DNA of 64,000 nucleotides from a virus. Position numbers and translations under genes: made by a program. The notes beneath the pieces are model-generated. The model did not search any database and was not told the origin of the DNA. It saw nothing but the letters and a program-made list of their open reading frames with translations. This document shows, piece after piece, positions 47,570 to 55,852 of this stretch; the stretch's first letter is position 1; each line of letters starts with the position of its first letter. The stretch is from IMG/VR virus record IMGVR_UViG_3300042292_000345, positions 13,326 through 77,325 of that record. The stretch is one strand, 5' to 3'.

Positions 47570-48910
47570 ATGGATATTTACAGTTTACTACACGCACTTT
47601 CAATTACATCTTCTATGAACTCTAAGGTAGAAATATTAGAAGAACACAAAGACCTTAAAGAAGTAAGACAAGTTCTAAAATGGGCTTATAACAACCATAC
47701 ATTTGGTTTAAGTATTGCAGGATTCCATGCTAGTAACTTAGCTTACCAATCACAAGACTTTGAGTTCTTTCCAGCTCTCTATCAGATTCTAAGTCGACTT
47801 GCAACACGTGATTTAACTGGCAATGCAGCTAAGAGAGTCTTGCAAGACTTTTTAAATTGCTCGGCTAACAAGCAAGGTGAATTAACGCTAGGTATTGTTA
47901 ACAGAGATTTAAATATTGGAATGAATGCTAAGAGTATTAATAAAGCTATTCCAGGGCTTATCTTTGTTCCTCAGTATATGAGAATGTCTTTACCAACTGA
48001 AGCATTTCCAGAAAAGTGGAATTACAGTCCAGGCATATACGTTCAAACTAAAATGGATGGTTGCTTTGCCAGTGTTGTTATTGATTACCATTCTAATCAA
48101 ATTAATATTTTCACAAGAGAGGGCAGACCTATTCCTCTATGTAGATTGAATCCTACATTTGTAAGAGAGCTTAAAGATCTTCCTTATGGTATCTATCATG
48201 GTGAATTATTACTTATAGCAATAGCTACAGGTGATATATTAAAACGAAAAGAGTCAAACGGTATCTTTAATAAGATTGCTAAATCAGATGTAGATCTACC
48301 TAAAGAGTATACAGTACTTTATGTAGCATGGGATATGTTATGTAATGAAGAAGATAGATCGCCATATAGATCTAGATTTAATTTACTCAAAGTTAACTTA
48401 CAGCGTAGTGATGCGAAATCTATTAGACTTTGTGATACTACTGTAGTAGCCTCATATGAAGAAGTTATTGCTATATTTGATCAAAAGACGGCTGAAGGAG
48501 AAGAAGGGATCATCTTGAAGAAACCTGACAATATCTGGCAGCATGGTACTAGCAGATCTTGTGTAAAGCTTAAACAACAGTATCACTGCGAACTTAGAAT
48601 CATGGGCTACAATATGGGTAAGATTGGTAGTAAATTTGAATACACGCTAGGTAGTCTAGTATTGGCTACTGATGAAGGTGATTTGACAGTATCTGCTAGT
48701 GGCTTTACAGATTCTGAAAGAAGTAGTTTATATCGTAAGATAGATGAGATAATGTATACTATTGCTATGATTAAATTTGAAGGAGTTATTAAAGACAAGA
48801 AAGGTGGTCATAGTCTTATCTCTCCTGTTTTTGAAGAACTCAGATCTGATAAATCTGAGCCAGACACACTAGATAAAATTCTAGATATTGCAGGTGGGCA
48901 TATTAGATGA
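47570..48910 (+). CDS. ATP-dependent DNA ligase
   Basis: KMDG adenylation motif, FTREG, HGEL, WDM, EGIILK, VKLK, SGFTD, PVFEELRSDK. Confidence 0.93.
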   Translation: MDIYSLLHALSITSSMNSKVEILEEHKDLKEVRQVLKWAYNNHTFGLSIAGFHASNLAYQSQDFEFFPALYQILSRLATRDLTGNAAKRVLQDFLNCSANKQGELTLGIVNRDLNIGMNAKSINKAIPGLIFVPQYMRMSLPTEAFPEKWNYSPGIYVQTKMDGCFASVVIDYHSNQINIFTREGRPIPLCRLNPTFVRELKDLPYGIYHGELLLIAIATGDILKRKESNGIFNKIAKSDVDLPKEYTVLYVAWDMLCNEEDRSPYRSRFNLLKVNLQRSDAKSIRLCDTTVVASYEEVIAIFDQKTAEGEEGIILKKPDNIWQHGTSRSCVKLKQQYHCELRIMGYNMGKIGSKFEYTLGSLVLATDEGDLTVSASGFTDSERSSLYRKIDEIMYTIAMIKFEGVIKDKKGGHSLISPVFEELRSDKSEPDTLDKILDIAGGHIR

Positions 48911-49134
48911 AAGTAATATTAGCAGTAGCAGGTTGGATGTTACTTCAACCACATCCAAAATTGCCTGACAGGGCTATTAAATGCGATAATAAACTAATCG
49001 CAATAACAAATACCGTTAAGGTATCAAAGAAGAGGTTCTTTTGGGCACCCTATGAATTCTATGTAAGAGTAGACCGTAAGGTATCTAAGAAAACTTTTAA
49101 TAAACTAGTGCAAAATAAGGAGTGCATTAAATGA
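48907..49134 (+). CDS. Hypothetical basic protein with signal-like N-terminus
   Basis: 75 aa, ATGA overlap with ligase. Confidence 0.55.
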   Translation: MKVILAVAGWMLLQPHPKLPDRAIKCDNKLIAITNTVKVSKKRFFWAPYEFYVRVDRKVSKKTFNKLVQNKECIK

Positions 49135-49541
49135 AAATAGAATCAGGCAAAAGCTACCGCACACGTAATGGTAGCATGAACGTTGAAGTAACAGAGAATA
49201 GCAAAGAATCGTATTTCAGGTTTTCTGTAGCTAATGTACGTTCAGCAAATCATGTTAATCTTTATTGGGAAGAAAATGGTAGAATAAGTTCTAGTGCAGA
49301 ATCTGATCTTGATTTAGTAGAAGAAGTTGAACCACTCAGAAAGCTTCAGGTTGGTAGTAGCTACTTCACTAGAGAAAGAATTATTGTAACAATTATGGAA
49401 GTTAACCTTCTTAATACTAGATATAAAGGTAGGTATTTCTGTCCTCTGTATAAACAATTCTTTGAGGCTTGGTGGTATGCTAACGGCATGATAGAAACTA
49501 GAGTAACTGATGATTTTGATCTAATAGAGGAAATTCAATGA
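49131..49541 (+). CDS. Paralog-family protein, two tandem domains
   Basis: GKSYRTRNG..WEENG..DLDLVEEV followed by GSSYFTRE..WYANG..DFDLIEEI. Confidence 0.75.
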   Translation: MKIESGKSYRTRNGSMNVEVTENSKESYFRFSVANVRSANHVNLYWEENGRISSSAESDLDLVEEVEPLRKLQVGSSYFTRERIIVTIMEVNLLNTRYKGRYFCPLYKQFFEAWWYANGMIETRVTDDFDLIEEIQ

Positions 49542-49846
49542 GACTAGAAAATGGAAAATATTATATCACGCGAGATAAATCTACAATCTTTCAAGTCACA
49601 GCTATTAGCTCTGATTCGTATGACTTTGCCAGTACTATAGGGTATGATGGAGTTCCTTTGCTGCTATTTAGATCAACTGGCAGGATCTCTCAGTGGGAGG
49701 AAGATGCACTGGACTTAGTAGCTGAAGTAAGCTTTGTTGAACTGCCAGATACACCAACACCTTTGTTTAATATTGATAGCGAACAGTTTGATCTTTTTAC
49801 TTACGATTGGGATCAATACAAAAACGCGCCCTCTGCAACGCAATAA
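49538..49846 (+). CDS. Paralog-family protein
   Basis: LENGKYYITRD..LDLVAEV; 3' end runs into element B. Confidence 0.7.
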   Translation: MRLENGKYYITRDKSTIFQVTAISSDSYDFASTIGYDGVPLLLFRSTGRISQWEEDALDLVAEVSFVELPDTPTPLFNIDSEQFDLFTYDWDQYKNAPSATQ

Positions 49847-49945
49847 TTTCGGGCAGATTTCGGAGGGCAGGCACACGGACGTGCCACAGCGCGTGAATGC
49901 GTCTAAAAATTCTGCAGGGCAATTGCATGTCGCATGTCACCCCAA
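49809..49945 (+). repeat. GC-rich element B
   Basis: Starts GGGATCAATACAAAAACGCGCCCTCTGCAACGC; also carries CGTGCCACAG, the reverse complement of CTGTGGCACG in element A. Confidence 0.55.
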
Positions 49946-50004
49946 GTTTGTAAAAGAACATCTTACTTATTATTTACTTTTATTTATTTTATTGGAGAAT
50001 TACA

Positions 50005-50604
50005 ATGACTACATCTACAGAAACTTTAGTATTAGCTTTAACAATCAATGGCGCATCTGCTGGTACTTACACTTCTTATGCTGATTTGAAAAATGCTTTA
50101 AGTTCATTAGAAACAAGCCACACATATATGCCTAAAGTTCTTGAAATCGTTGGGGACAACAATGAGGAGCTAGCAACTTGGATCTGTGCACATCGCACAG
50201 AAATTGCAGGTATTCGTAAAACTGACAAAGCTGCTATTCAGAAACAAGCTATTGAATTATTGAAAGCAGCTGGTATTGATGCTAAGAACGTTCAGTTACC
50301 TGAACCAACAGCGGCTCAGATTGATGCGCAAGTTGTTGAAAGATTACAAGCATTATCTGTTGGCAACCCTGACTTGTATAATGTTCTTACATCAAATTTA
50401 GATGCTTTGATTAATATCTTTAAACGTCAAATCAGTGATGCGGCATTAGCAGGTATGGCTAAATTCAAAGCTGATGTTGAAGAAGCTAGTAAAATCAGTG
50501 AAGCACACGGTAAAGTTTGCCGTAAAATGTACAAAGATTATGTTAGCATCCGCGACAATAGTGATGATGCGGCATTATCTGCATTCGTAGAACGTAACAT
50601 TTAG
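50005..50604 (+). CDS. Hypothetical alpha-helical protein, probably highly expressed
   Basis: 199 aa, GGAG RBS, own terminator, frequent CGT/AAC/ATC codons. Confidence 0.8.
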   Translation: MTTSTETLVLALTINGASAGTYTSYADLKNALSSLETSHTYMPKVLEIVGDNNEELATWICAHRTEIAGIRKTDKAAIQKQAIELLKAAGIDAKNVQLPEPTAAQIDAQVVERLQALSVGNPDLYNVLTSNLDALINIFKRQISDAALAGMAKFKADVEEASKISEAHGKVCRKMYKDYVSIRDNSDDAALSAFVERNI

Positions 50605-50611
50605 TAATCTT

Positions 50612-50643
50612 AAACCCCTACTAGAATCTAGTAGGGGTTTTTT
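50612..50643 (+). terminator. Intrinsic terminator
   Basis: AAACCCCTACTAG-AAT-CTAGTAGGGGTTT-TTT. Confidence 0.8.
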
Positions 50644-50657
50644 AGTTGAGGAAAGTT

Positions 50658-50828
50658 ATGGAAGTATCATTAAGCGGTAATTCTCATCAGAGAAGAATCC
50701 AGTTAAGAAAGCTTAAAAGAGAGTATCGGATAGTTCAAAGAACATATGATGATATCTCTGACTCATTTTGTACGTACACTTTAAATGGCTATAAAGGCCC
50801 CTTTAAATATAAACCAGTAAGGATCTAG
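50658..50828 (+). CDS. Hypothetical basic protein
   Basis: GAGG RBS before ATG 50658. Confidence 0.55.
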   Translation: MEVSLSGNSHQRRIQLRKLKREYRIVQRTYDDISDSFCTYTLNGYKGPFKYKPVRI

Positions 50829-50829
50829 A

Positions 50830-51030
50830 ATGAAAAAGTTAGAATTTAATATTATCCAGTCAGAAGAGCATAAAACTGTTAAAGCTGTTATTATTGCTGA
50901 CAATATCCGTTTAGTAATGCCACATGTAGATGAAGATGGCGAAGAAGATGGGTATACCCTAGTCTATTTCGGTCCAGGTGATGCTATTGTTGTAGCTCAT
51001 ACTTTCGAAGAAGTAGTATCAAAAATCTAG
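50830..51030 (+). CDS. Hypothetical protein
   Basis: 66 aa ending V.HTFEEVVSKI. Confidence 0.65.
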   Translation: MKKLEFNIIQSEEHKTVKAVIIADNIRLVMPHVDEDGEEDGYTLVYFGPGDAIVVAHTFEEVVSKI

Positions 51031-51038
51031 TAGTACCC

Positions 51039-51079
51039 GCCCAGTTTCCCTAAAAGGATTCTGGGCATTTTTTTTTTTT
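51039..51079 (+). terminator. Hairpin plus T12 tract
   Basis: GCCCAG...CTGGGC then T12 at 51068-51079. Confidence 0.65.
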
Positions 51080-51091
51080 ATCGGAGATGAT

Positions 51092-51301
51092 ATGGACAGC
51101 TTAAAAATAAATGAAGTCTATCAGAATATTCATAATGAACATGTATTTATTCTTTATGAAAAAGATGAAGAGTTTGCAGGTGTTAACTTAGCAAATGATG
51201 ATCTCAAATGGTACAGCACAGATGGGCAATGTTTTAAAGGACCAGCATTAAAGTTTAAGGTCGATTCAGCAGTTGAAATAATGAAACGGAGATATGGGTA
51301 A
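51092..51301 (+). CDS. Hypothetical protein, possible distant member of the paralog family
   Basis: LKINEVYQN..WYSTDG. Confidence 0.6.
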   Translation: MDSLKINEVYQNIHNEHVFILYEKDEEFAGVNLANDDLKWYSTDGQCFKGPALKFKVDSAVEIMKRRYG

Positions 51302-51504
51302 TGAAAGTAGAAGAGAAAGGTCTGTATAAAGCAAGAAATGGAGAAATCTTTTATATTAACTCTAGTTTTTCTGATTATGATGAAGGTCCAACACAATGGA
51401 CACTGTCAGCTGATATAGAAATGAGTCCGCTGACATGGTTTGAAAATGGTCAGGTATATCTTGATCAAGAACATGAACTCGATCTAGTAGAACGTATAAT
51501 TTAA
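51301..51504 (+). CDS. Paralog-family protein
   Basis: GLYKARNG..TWFENG..ELDLVERI. Confidence 0.7.
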   Translation: MKVEEKGLYKARNGEIFYINSSFSDYDEGPTQWTLSADIEMSPLTWFENGQVYLDQEHELDLVERII

Positions 51505-51515
51505 GGAGTCTCAAA

Positions 51516-51716
51516 ATGACAACTAAAGTATTACATGTAGGTAGAGATAATACATGGCAAGTTAATTCAGAACTTGAAAATGGCTGGGTGATTATCGATA
51601 TGGCAGCTACAAATGATTTTGTAGCTTATGTGCTAAAGAAGGTAGATGTTAAAGCACCTGCGCATATTGATGTAATGTCTGCAATGACTGAAAGAAGAAT
51701 TAGAGGTACAGACTGA
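51516..51716 (+). CDS. Hypothetical protein
   Basis: VNSELENGWVII...YVL motif. Confidence 0.65.
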   Translation: MTTKVLHVGRDNTWQVNSELENGWVIIDMAATNDFVAYVLKKVDVKAPAHIDVMSAMTERRIRGTD

Positions 51717-52255
51717 TGACTAGACACATACACGCAGATTTAATGGCAGAATATGCCAAAGATGCCCAGATCTCAAACACTCCTTGGGAATATTGGGAAA
51801 ATATGAGATCAATTGATAAGGATTGGGTTAGTCTGGCAGATCATCCTTATTGGGATGAGGCGACTAAATACAGAAAAAAGCCAGTACAATGGAGCCCTCC
51901 AGAGGGTTCATTTTATATCAGAACTGATTATAATGGTATATTTTCTGAGAATACTAAAAAGACTCGTCGTAATTTCGGATTGGAACGAAATGACAGAACT
52001 ACAGCACTTAAAGCACTTGCAGAAATTAGAACATTCTGTAGACTGCTAGCGCTAAGAGATGAGTTATGCCCTAACTTTACACCTAGATGGGGTGATGATG
52101 AAAGTAATAATTATGTAATATACTATGATACGCAGCTGACTGAATTTACATATGTCTGTTATACTGTCTATAAAGGCTATTCACCTTACTTTGATGAAGA
52201 AGGTGCTATAAAAGCCTGTGAGTTATTAAATTCAATGCAAGTAGTTTTATATTAA
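51716..52255 (+). CDS. Two-domain hypothetical protein, paralog 1 of triplet
   Basis: HIHADLMAEYAKDAQ..PWEYWE..YRKKP plus RLLALRDELCP..PYF..ACELLNS. Confidence 0.8.
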   Translation: MTRHIHADLMAEYAKDAQISNTPWEYWENMRSIDKDWVSLADHPYWDEATKYRKKPVQWSPPEGSFYIRTDYNGIFSENTKKTRRNFGLERNDRTTALKALAEIRTFCRLLALRDELCPNFTPRWGDDESNNYVIYYDTQLTEFTYVCYTVYKGYSPYFDEEGAIKACELLNSMQVVLY

Positions 52256-52277
52256 TTTTTTTTTTTGGAGATTTAAA

Positions 52278-52763
52278 ATGGCAGCACACATACATGCAGA
52301 ATTAATGCTACAATATGCAAAAGATGCTCAGCTCACAAATGAACCTTGGACTCTCTGGGAGTATAGATTAGCTAAACATGATTTTACTGATGCAATAACC
52401 AGTGAGTGGATGAGCTTGCAAGACAGCCCTACTTGGCGAATTGAAATGGAATACCGCCATAAGCCTAAATGGGAACCGAAAGAAGGTAATTGGAGGAATT
52501 TCTTTAATATTTCTAGAGATAGCGAAGAAGAGGTTAAGATCGCTATAAGAGAAATAAATCGTTTCACTCGTCTTCTAGCACTGGCGCATGAGCTAAATAA
52601 TGATAATAATTGTCCTAATTATTTCTTACATTATGACTGCTATGATGATAAATGGGAGCCACATATGATTGTAAATAAACAGTATATTGTAACTCCTTTA
52701 TTTACTAGAGATGCTGCTTTTACAGCATGTAAGATGTTAAATTCTAATGAGGCAAAACTATGA
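52278..52763 (+). CDS. Two-domain hypothetical protein, paralog 2
   Basis: HIHAELMLQYAKDAQ..YRHKP plus RFTRLLALAHEL..ACKMLNS. Confidence 0.8.
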   Translation: MAAHIHAELMLQYAKDAQLTNEPWTLWEYRLAKHDFTDAITSEWMSLQDSPTWRIEMEYRHKPKWEPKEGNWRNFFNISRDSEEEVKIAIREINRFTRLLALAHELNNDNNCPNYFLHYDCYDDKWEPHMIVNKQYIVTPLFTRDAAFTACKMLNSNEAKL

Positions 52764-53011
52764 ACGACTCACAAAAAGAAATGCGCAGATTTACTAGATT
52801 ACTTGCCTTAAGGGATGAATTGTGTCCTGACTTTGTAGTTGATTGGTCTTTGGAGAATAAGGGTAATTTTGTATTGCGCTTTAGTTTTCTTCAAAATGTA
52901 TGGCAGCCTGATCCTTACGGAACTTATGATGGAAAAATTGGACCTTACTTTAGCAAAGAAGCGGCTGAAATAGCTTGTAAGATGTTAAACTCAGGTGAGG
53001 TAGAACTATGA
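52760..53011 (+). CDS. Paralog 3 (C-terminal domain only)
   Basis: RFTRLLALRDELCP..PYF..ACKMLNSGEVEL. Confidence 0.8.
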   Translation: MNDSQKEMRRFTRLLALRDELCPDFVVDWSLENKGNFVLRFSFLQNVWQPDPYGTYDGKIGPYFSKEAAEIACKMLNSGEVEL

Positions 53012-53376
53012 ACTGTAAATTTACTATGTTTAAACCTAAAGGCGCATTCGAGAAAGAAGCACTTTATCCACGTATTGCTGCAGGGTATAGAGGTGCATTA
53101 CAGCGTGAAAGAAAACTCTCTAGCACTTTGCAAGTAATTGTCTTTGATCCAATAACAGGCAAACAACGCCATATTGGGGATTTACCCGCGACTTATGGAA
53201 ATGTCTTCCCTTATGAATACACGGTAGCTACATTCGAAATTATAAAGCGTAGTGGTAATAATATAACATTAGTAGTCACCAGTGTTGTAGCAAATCCCTA
53301 TTTAGCAGTCGGTGAAATTGAGAGACTCGTTGATAGTATACCGCATGTTTTCGAGAATGGGAGATTATATACATAA
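53008..53376 (+). CDS. Hypothetical protein
   Basis: 122 aa, ATGA coupling to previous gene. Confidence 0.65.
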   Translation: MNCKFTMFKPKGAFEKEALYPRIAAGYRGALQRERKLSSTLQVIVFDPITGKQRHIGDLPATYGNVFPYEYTVATFEIIKRSGNNITLVVTSVVANPYLAVGEIERLVDSIPHVFENGRLYT

Positions 53377-53530
53377 GTGATAAGGAGGTTATATACCCTG
53401 TAGTTGCAATGTATACGCACGACTATGGCGCTATAGAGCCTAAAACGCATATGTTAAATGGTAAATTCGTTTGTGAAGATCATGAGCTTGACTATGATTA
53501 TTCTGAATATGATCTGATTGAGGAAGTAGT

Positions 53531-53710
53531 ATGAAACTTGAAGTAGGTCAGAAAATACGTGACAGTCTAGGTGTAGAGTATGAGATTGTAAGTATCGCTC
53601 CTCCTAATTGTGACTGTATTTATCCAATACTAGCTATTCGTAATCGTAATACATGTGCAGCATGTATAAAACCTTTCAGTAAAGAAGAGGTAATGCTAAT
53701 AACAATCTAA
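53531..53710 (+). CDS. Small protein MKLEVGQKIRD.. (59 aa, not in ORF track)
   Basis: GAGG RBS; N-terminus resembles the paralog family; YPILA motif. Confidence 0.6.
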   Translation: MKLEVGQKIRDSLGVEYEIVSIAPPNCDCIYPILAIRNRNTCAACIKPFSKEEVMLITI

Positions 53711-53718
53711 GCTGTAAG

Positions 53719-53759
53719 TCCCCTACCTATTCTGGTAGGGGATTCTATTTTTTTTTTTT
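53719..53759 (+). terminator. Hairpin plus T12 tract
   Basis: TCCCCTACC-TATTCT-GGTAGGGGA, T12 at 53748-53759. Confidence 0.75.
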
Positions 53760-53768
53760 GGAGAAGAT

Positions 53769-54662
53769 ATGTATTTCTTAAATATACCTGATAAAGGCAT
53801 CATAGATGCTAGATTTACTAACAAGACAGAAGTAATTAACATTGCAAGATCACTGAAAGGTACTGTAACAAATGCTAAAGGAGAGATAGTATATCCTTTC
53901 AGTATACCTGAATGTAAAACTCCTAGATGGGTAATCAATCCTAGAATTAAGAGAGAACCTACAACAATCATATCTACTATAAGAGGTATGAATGAACCTG
54001 CCAATTATAAACAATCTCCTAGAGCACAGGTAATCTATGAAGATGGTACTAAACAAGATCTTGCATCACAGATATGGAATATGGAAGTAGGCAATATCCC
54101 ATTGTCCTATTATGTAAGACACAAGAACTATGATGTTAATGATAATAGACTTAGTAATCTAGAATTAGCAATGGTAGGTTGTGTGTATCCAATAGAGACT
54201 ATCAATGAGTTTAGACCTATGAGGCTTATGAGACTCAAGAAGTTTAATGAAGTATGTGTATATCATCATTCAGGTATTGTACACGTTATTAAAGGTAATA
54301 TAGATCTTAGAGGCTCTAATGATCCTTTCTATCCTAGACCAGTAATTAAAGAACGTGAGAAGTTAAACGTGTTCTATGATCTAGCCTCTATGTGTTGGAT
54401 GCAAGCATTTGAGAGAGATGTACCTTCCTTCTTCTTTATAGGATTCAGGGATCTTAATCCAAATAATCTTTCATTAGATAACTTGGAGTTAACTCCCAGA
54501 CCTTATTCAGAAGAGCAGTTTAGAGAAGAATACACTATCCATGAAGGTCATGTAGTATTTAAGAAATGGATGAATAAAGTAACATTCCCATTAAAGCTAC
54601 CATCATGTATTTCACTTAATAAAACAAAAGCTATCAGTATCTTGGAGAATAGTAATGACTAG
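53769..54662 (+). CDS. HNH endonuclease-like protein with two HNH-type repeats
   Basis: VRHKNYDVNDNRLSNLEL and IGFRDLNPNNLSLDNLEL. Confidence 0.6.
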   Translation: MYFLNIPDKGIIDARFTNKTEVINIARSLKGTVTNAKGEIVYPFSIPECKTPRWVINPRIKREPTTIISTIRGMNEPANYKQSPRAQVIYEDGTKQDLASQIWNMEVGNIPLSYYVRHKNYDVNDNRLSNLELAMVGCVYPIETINEFRPMRLMRLKKFNEVCVYHHSGIVHVIKGNIDLRGSNDPFYPRPVIKEREKLNVFYDLASMCWMQAFERDVPSFFFIGFRDLNPNNLSLDNLELTPRPYSEEQFREEYTIHEGHVVFKKWMNKVTFPLKLPSCISLNKTKAISILENSND

Positions 54663-54924
54663 AGAAACATTTGTATTTAATGCCTTACAAGCCTTCCTTA
54701 TTAGTCATGAAGATGACAAAGAACTTAGTGAAGAGCTAACAAACATCTTAGAGAATATAGACATTGCTATAACAGTATCTGAAGAGCAGTGTTTAATAAG
54801 TGCTGTAAGCTACGGTCCTTTATTCGATAGAAAGAGCTTGAGGTCAATCCAAATTCGTCGCCTGCGACACGACTCCCCAAAACCCTCACTGGAGGCTCCC
54901 CTCCCCCGCGAACGCCCGCTGTAG
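54655..54924 (+). CDS. Hypothetical protein (C-terminus encoded by element C)
   Basis: GGAG RBS; last ~27 codons lie in the GC-rich element. Confidence 0.5.
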   Translation: MTRETFVFNALQAFLISHEDDKELSEELTNILENIDIAITVSEEQCLISAVSYGPLFDRKSLRSIQIRRLRHDSPKPSLEAPLPRERPL

Positions 54925-54985
54925 CCCTGCTAGCGTCTTCAGAACTGGCACACTCGCAGTCACTTTCCGCTAACTGCAAGTACGT
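54840..54985 (+). repeat. GC-rich element C
   Basis: Starts GAGGTCAATCCAAATTCGTCGCCTGCGACACG, 27/32 identical to element A. Confidence 0.65.
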
Positions 54986-55129
54986 TAAGGATTTGAATGC
55001 GATACGATGAAAGTTGTATTTGCTTTTTGTCATATATCCTCAAAATATTGCCCTTTAGTTATGCTGAAGGGTGATCTTTTCCTTAGTGACGATTAAGGAA
55101 AATGGGATTTTATGATCTGAGGACGCTTC

Positions 55130-55510
55130 GCAAATCTCTCTTAAAGTTTTCTTATAGAATTCTATTAATATCTTTTAGGTTATTATAGGTTCTTTAAGAT
55201 TTCTTTAAGGTCTATTAGATCTTTTAGATATAAATTATTTAAATTCTTAATATTAACTTATTAATTATTTATTTAATTTATATCTAAAAGGTCTAATATT
55301 TTTTATTTTTTTTTTTCTTAATTATTAAATAATATTACTTATTGTATTAATTTAGTACTATAAGTACTATTATTTTGCGTGTGTGTGGATAATGGTGTGT
55401 CGATAAATTTTTTCATATCTTCTCCTTAAAGATTTAAAATAACTTACTCCAAAAAGTTGTTTATGCCTTAAAGATCTCTTTTTAGACTTCTTTAAGGCCT
55501 TTTTTCGTAA
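55130..55510. other. AT-rich non-coding region with 25-bp inverted repeat and CTTAAAG heptamers (candidate origin or genome-end/packaging region)
   Basis: Arms 55213-55237 and 55274-55298 (24/25); six CTTAAAG/CTTTAAG copies; lies upstream of terminase. Confidence 0.5.
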
Positions 55511-55529
55511 CTAAAATAAAGGATTTAAA

Positions 55530-55715
55530 ATGAGTATTTTTGATGATATTGGTCATGCAATAAAACATACTACTGATAGTATTGTTGATACCGCTGAAGG
55601 TGTTGTATCAGGTGATACTGATGCAATTAAAGATGTAGCCCATATTGTAGTACCTGAAATTCCAGCTGTTATTACTGATGGTGTTATAGATGCTATCGCA
55701 GATGCTGTCAAGTGA
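55530..55715 (+). CDS. Small acidic amphipathic protein (61 aa)
   Basis: AAGGA RBS; MSIFDDIGHAIKH.. Confidence 0.65.
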   Translation: MSIFDDIGHAIKHTTDSIVDTAEGVVSGDTDAIKDVAHIVVPEIPAVITDGVIDAIADAVK

Positions 55716-55852
55716 TTCTGTAATAATTATTGTAGGTATTCTTAACACAATAATCTTTGGTTTGTTGTTTATTGAGTTGTATCGGTTCTTTAAAAATAAT
55801 TAAAATCTACTATGTTAGTAGTACTAGGTAATGTTTACCTGCGAGGTGTATT

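Noticed and set aside
49734-50084. ORFs spanning the GC-rich elements (49734-50084 +, 54767-55033 -)
   Set aside because: Overlap better-supported genes and stay open mainly because GC-rich sequence lacks stops
55384-55392. Perfect DnaA box as proof of a DnaA-dependent origin
   Set aside because: Single copy; another perfect box occurs inside a CDS at 33351-33359, so chance occurrence is plausible, and the phage has its own primase-helicase
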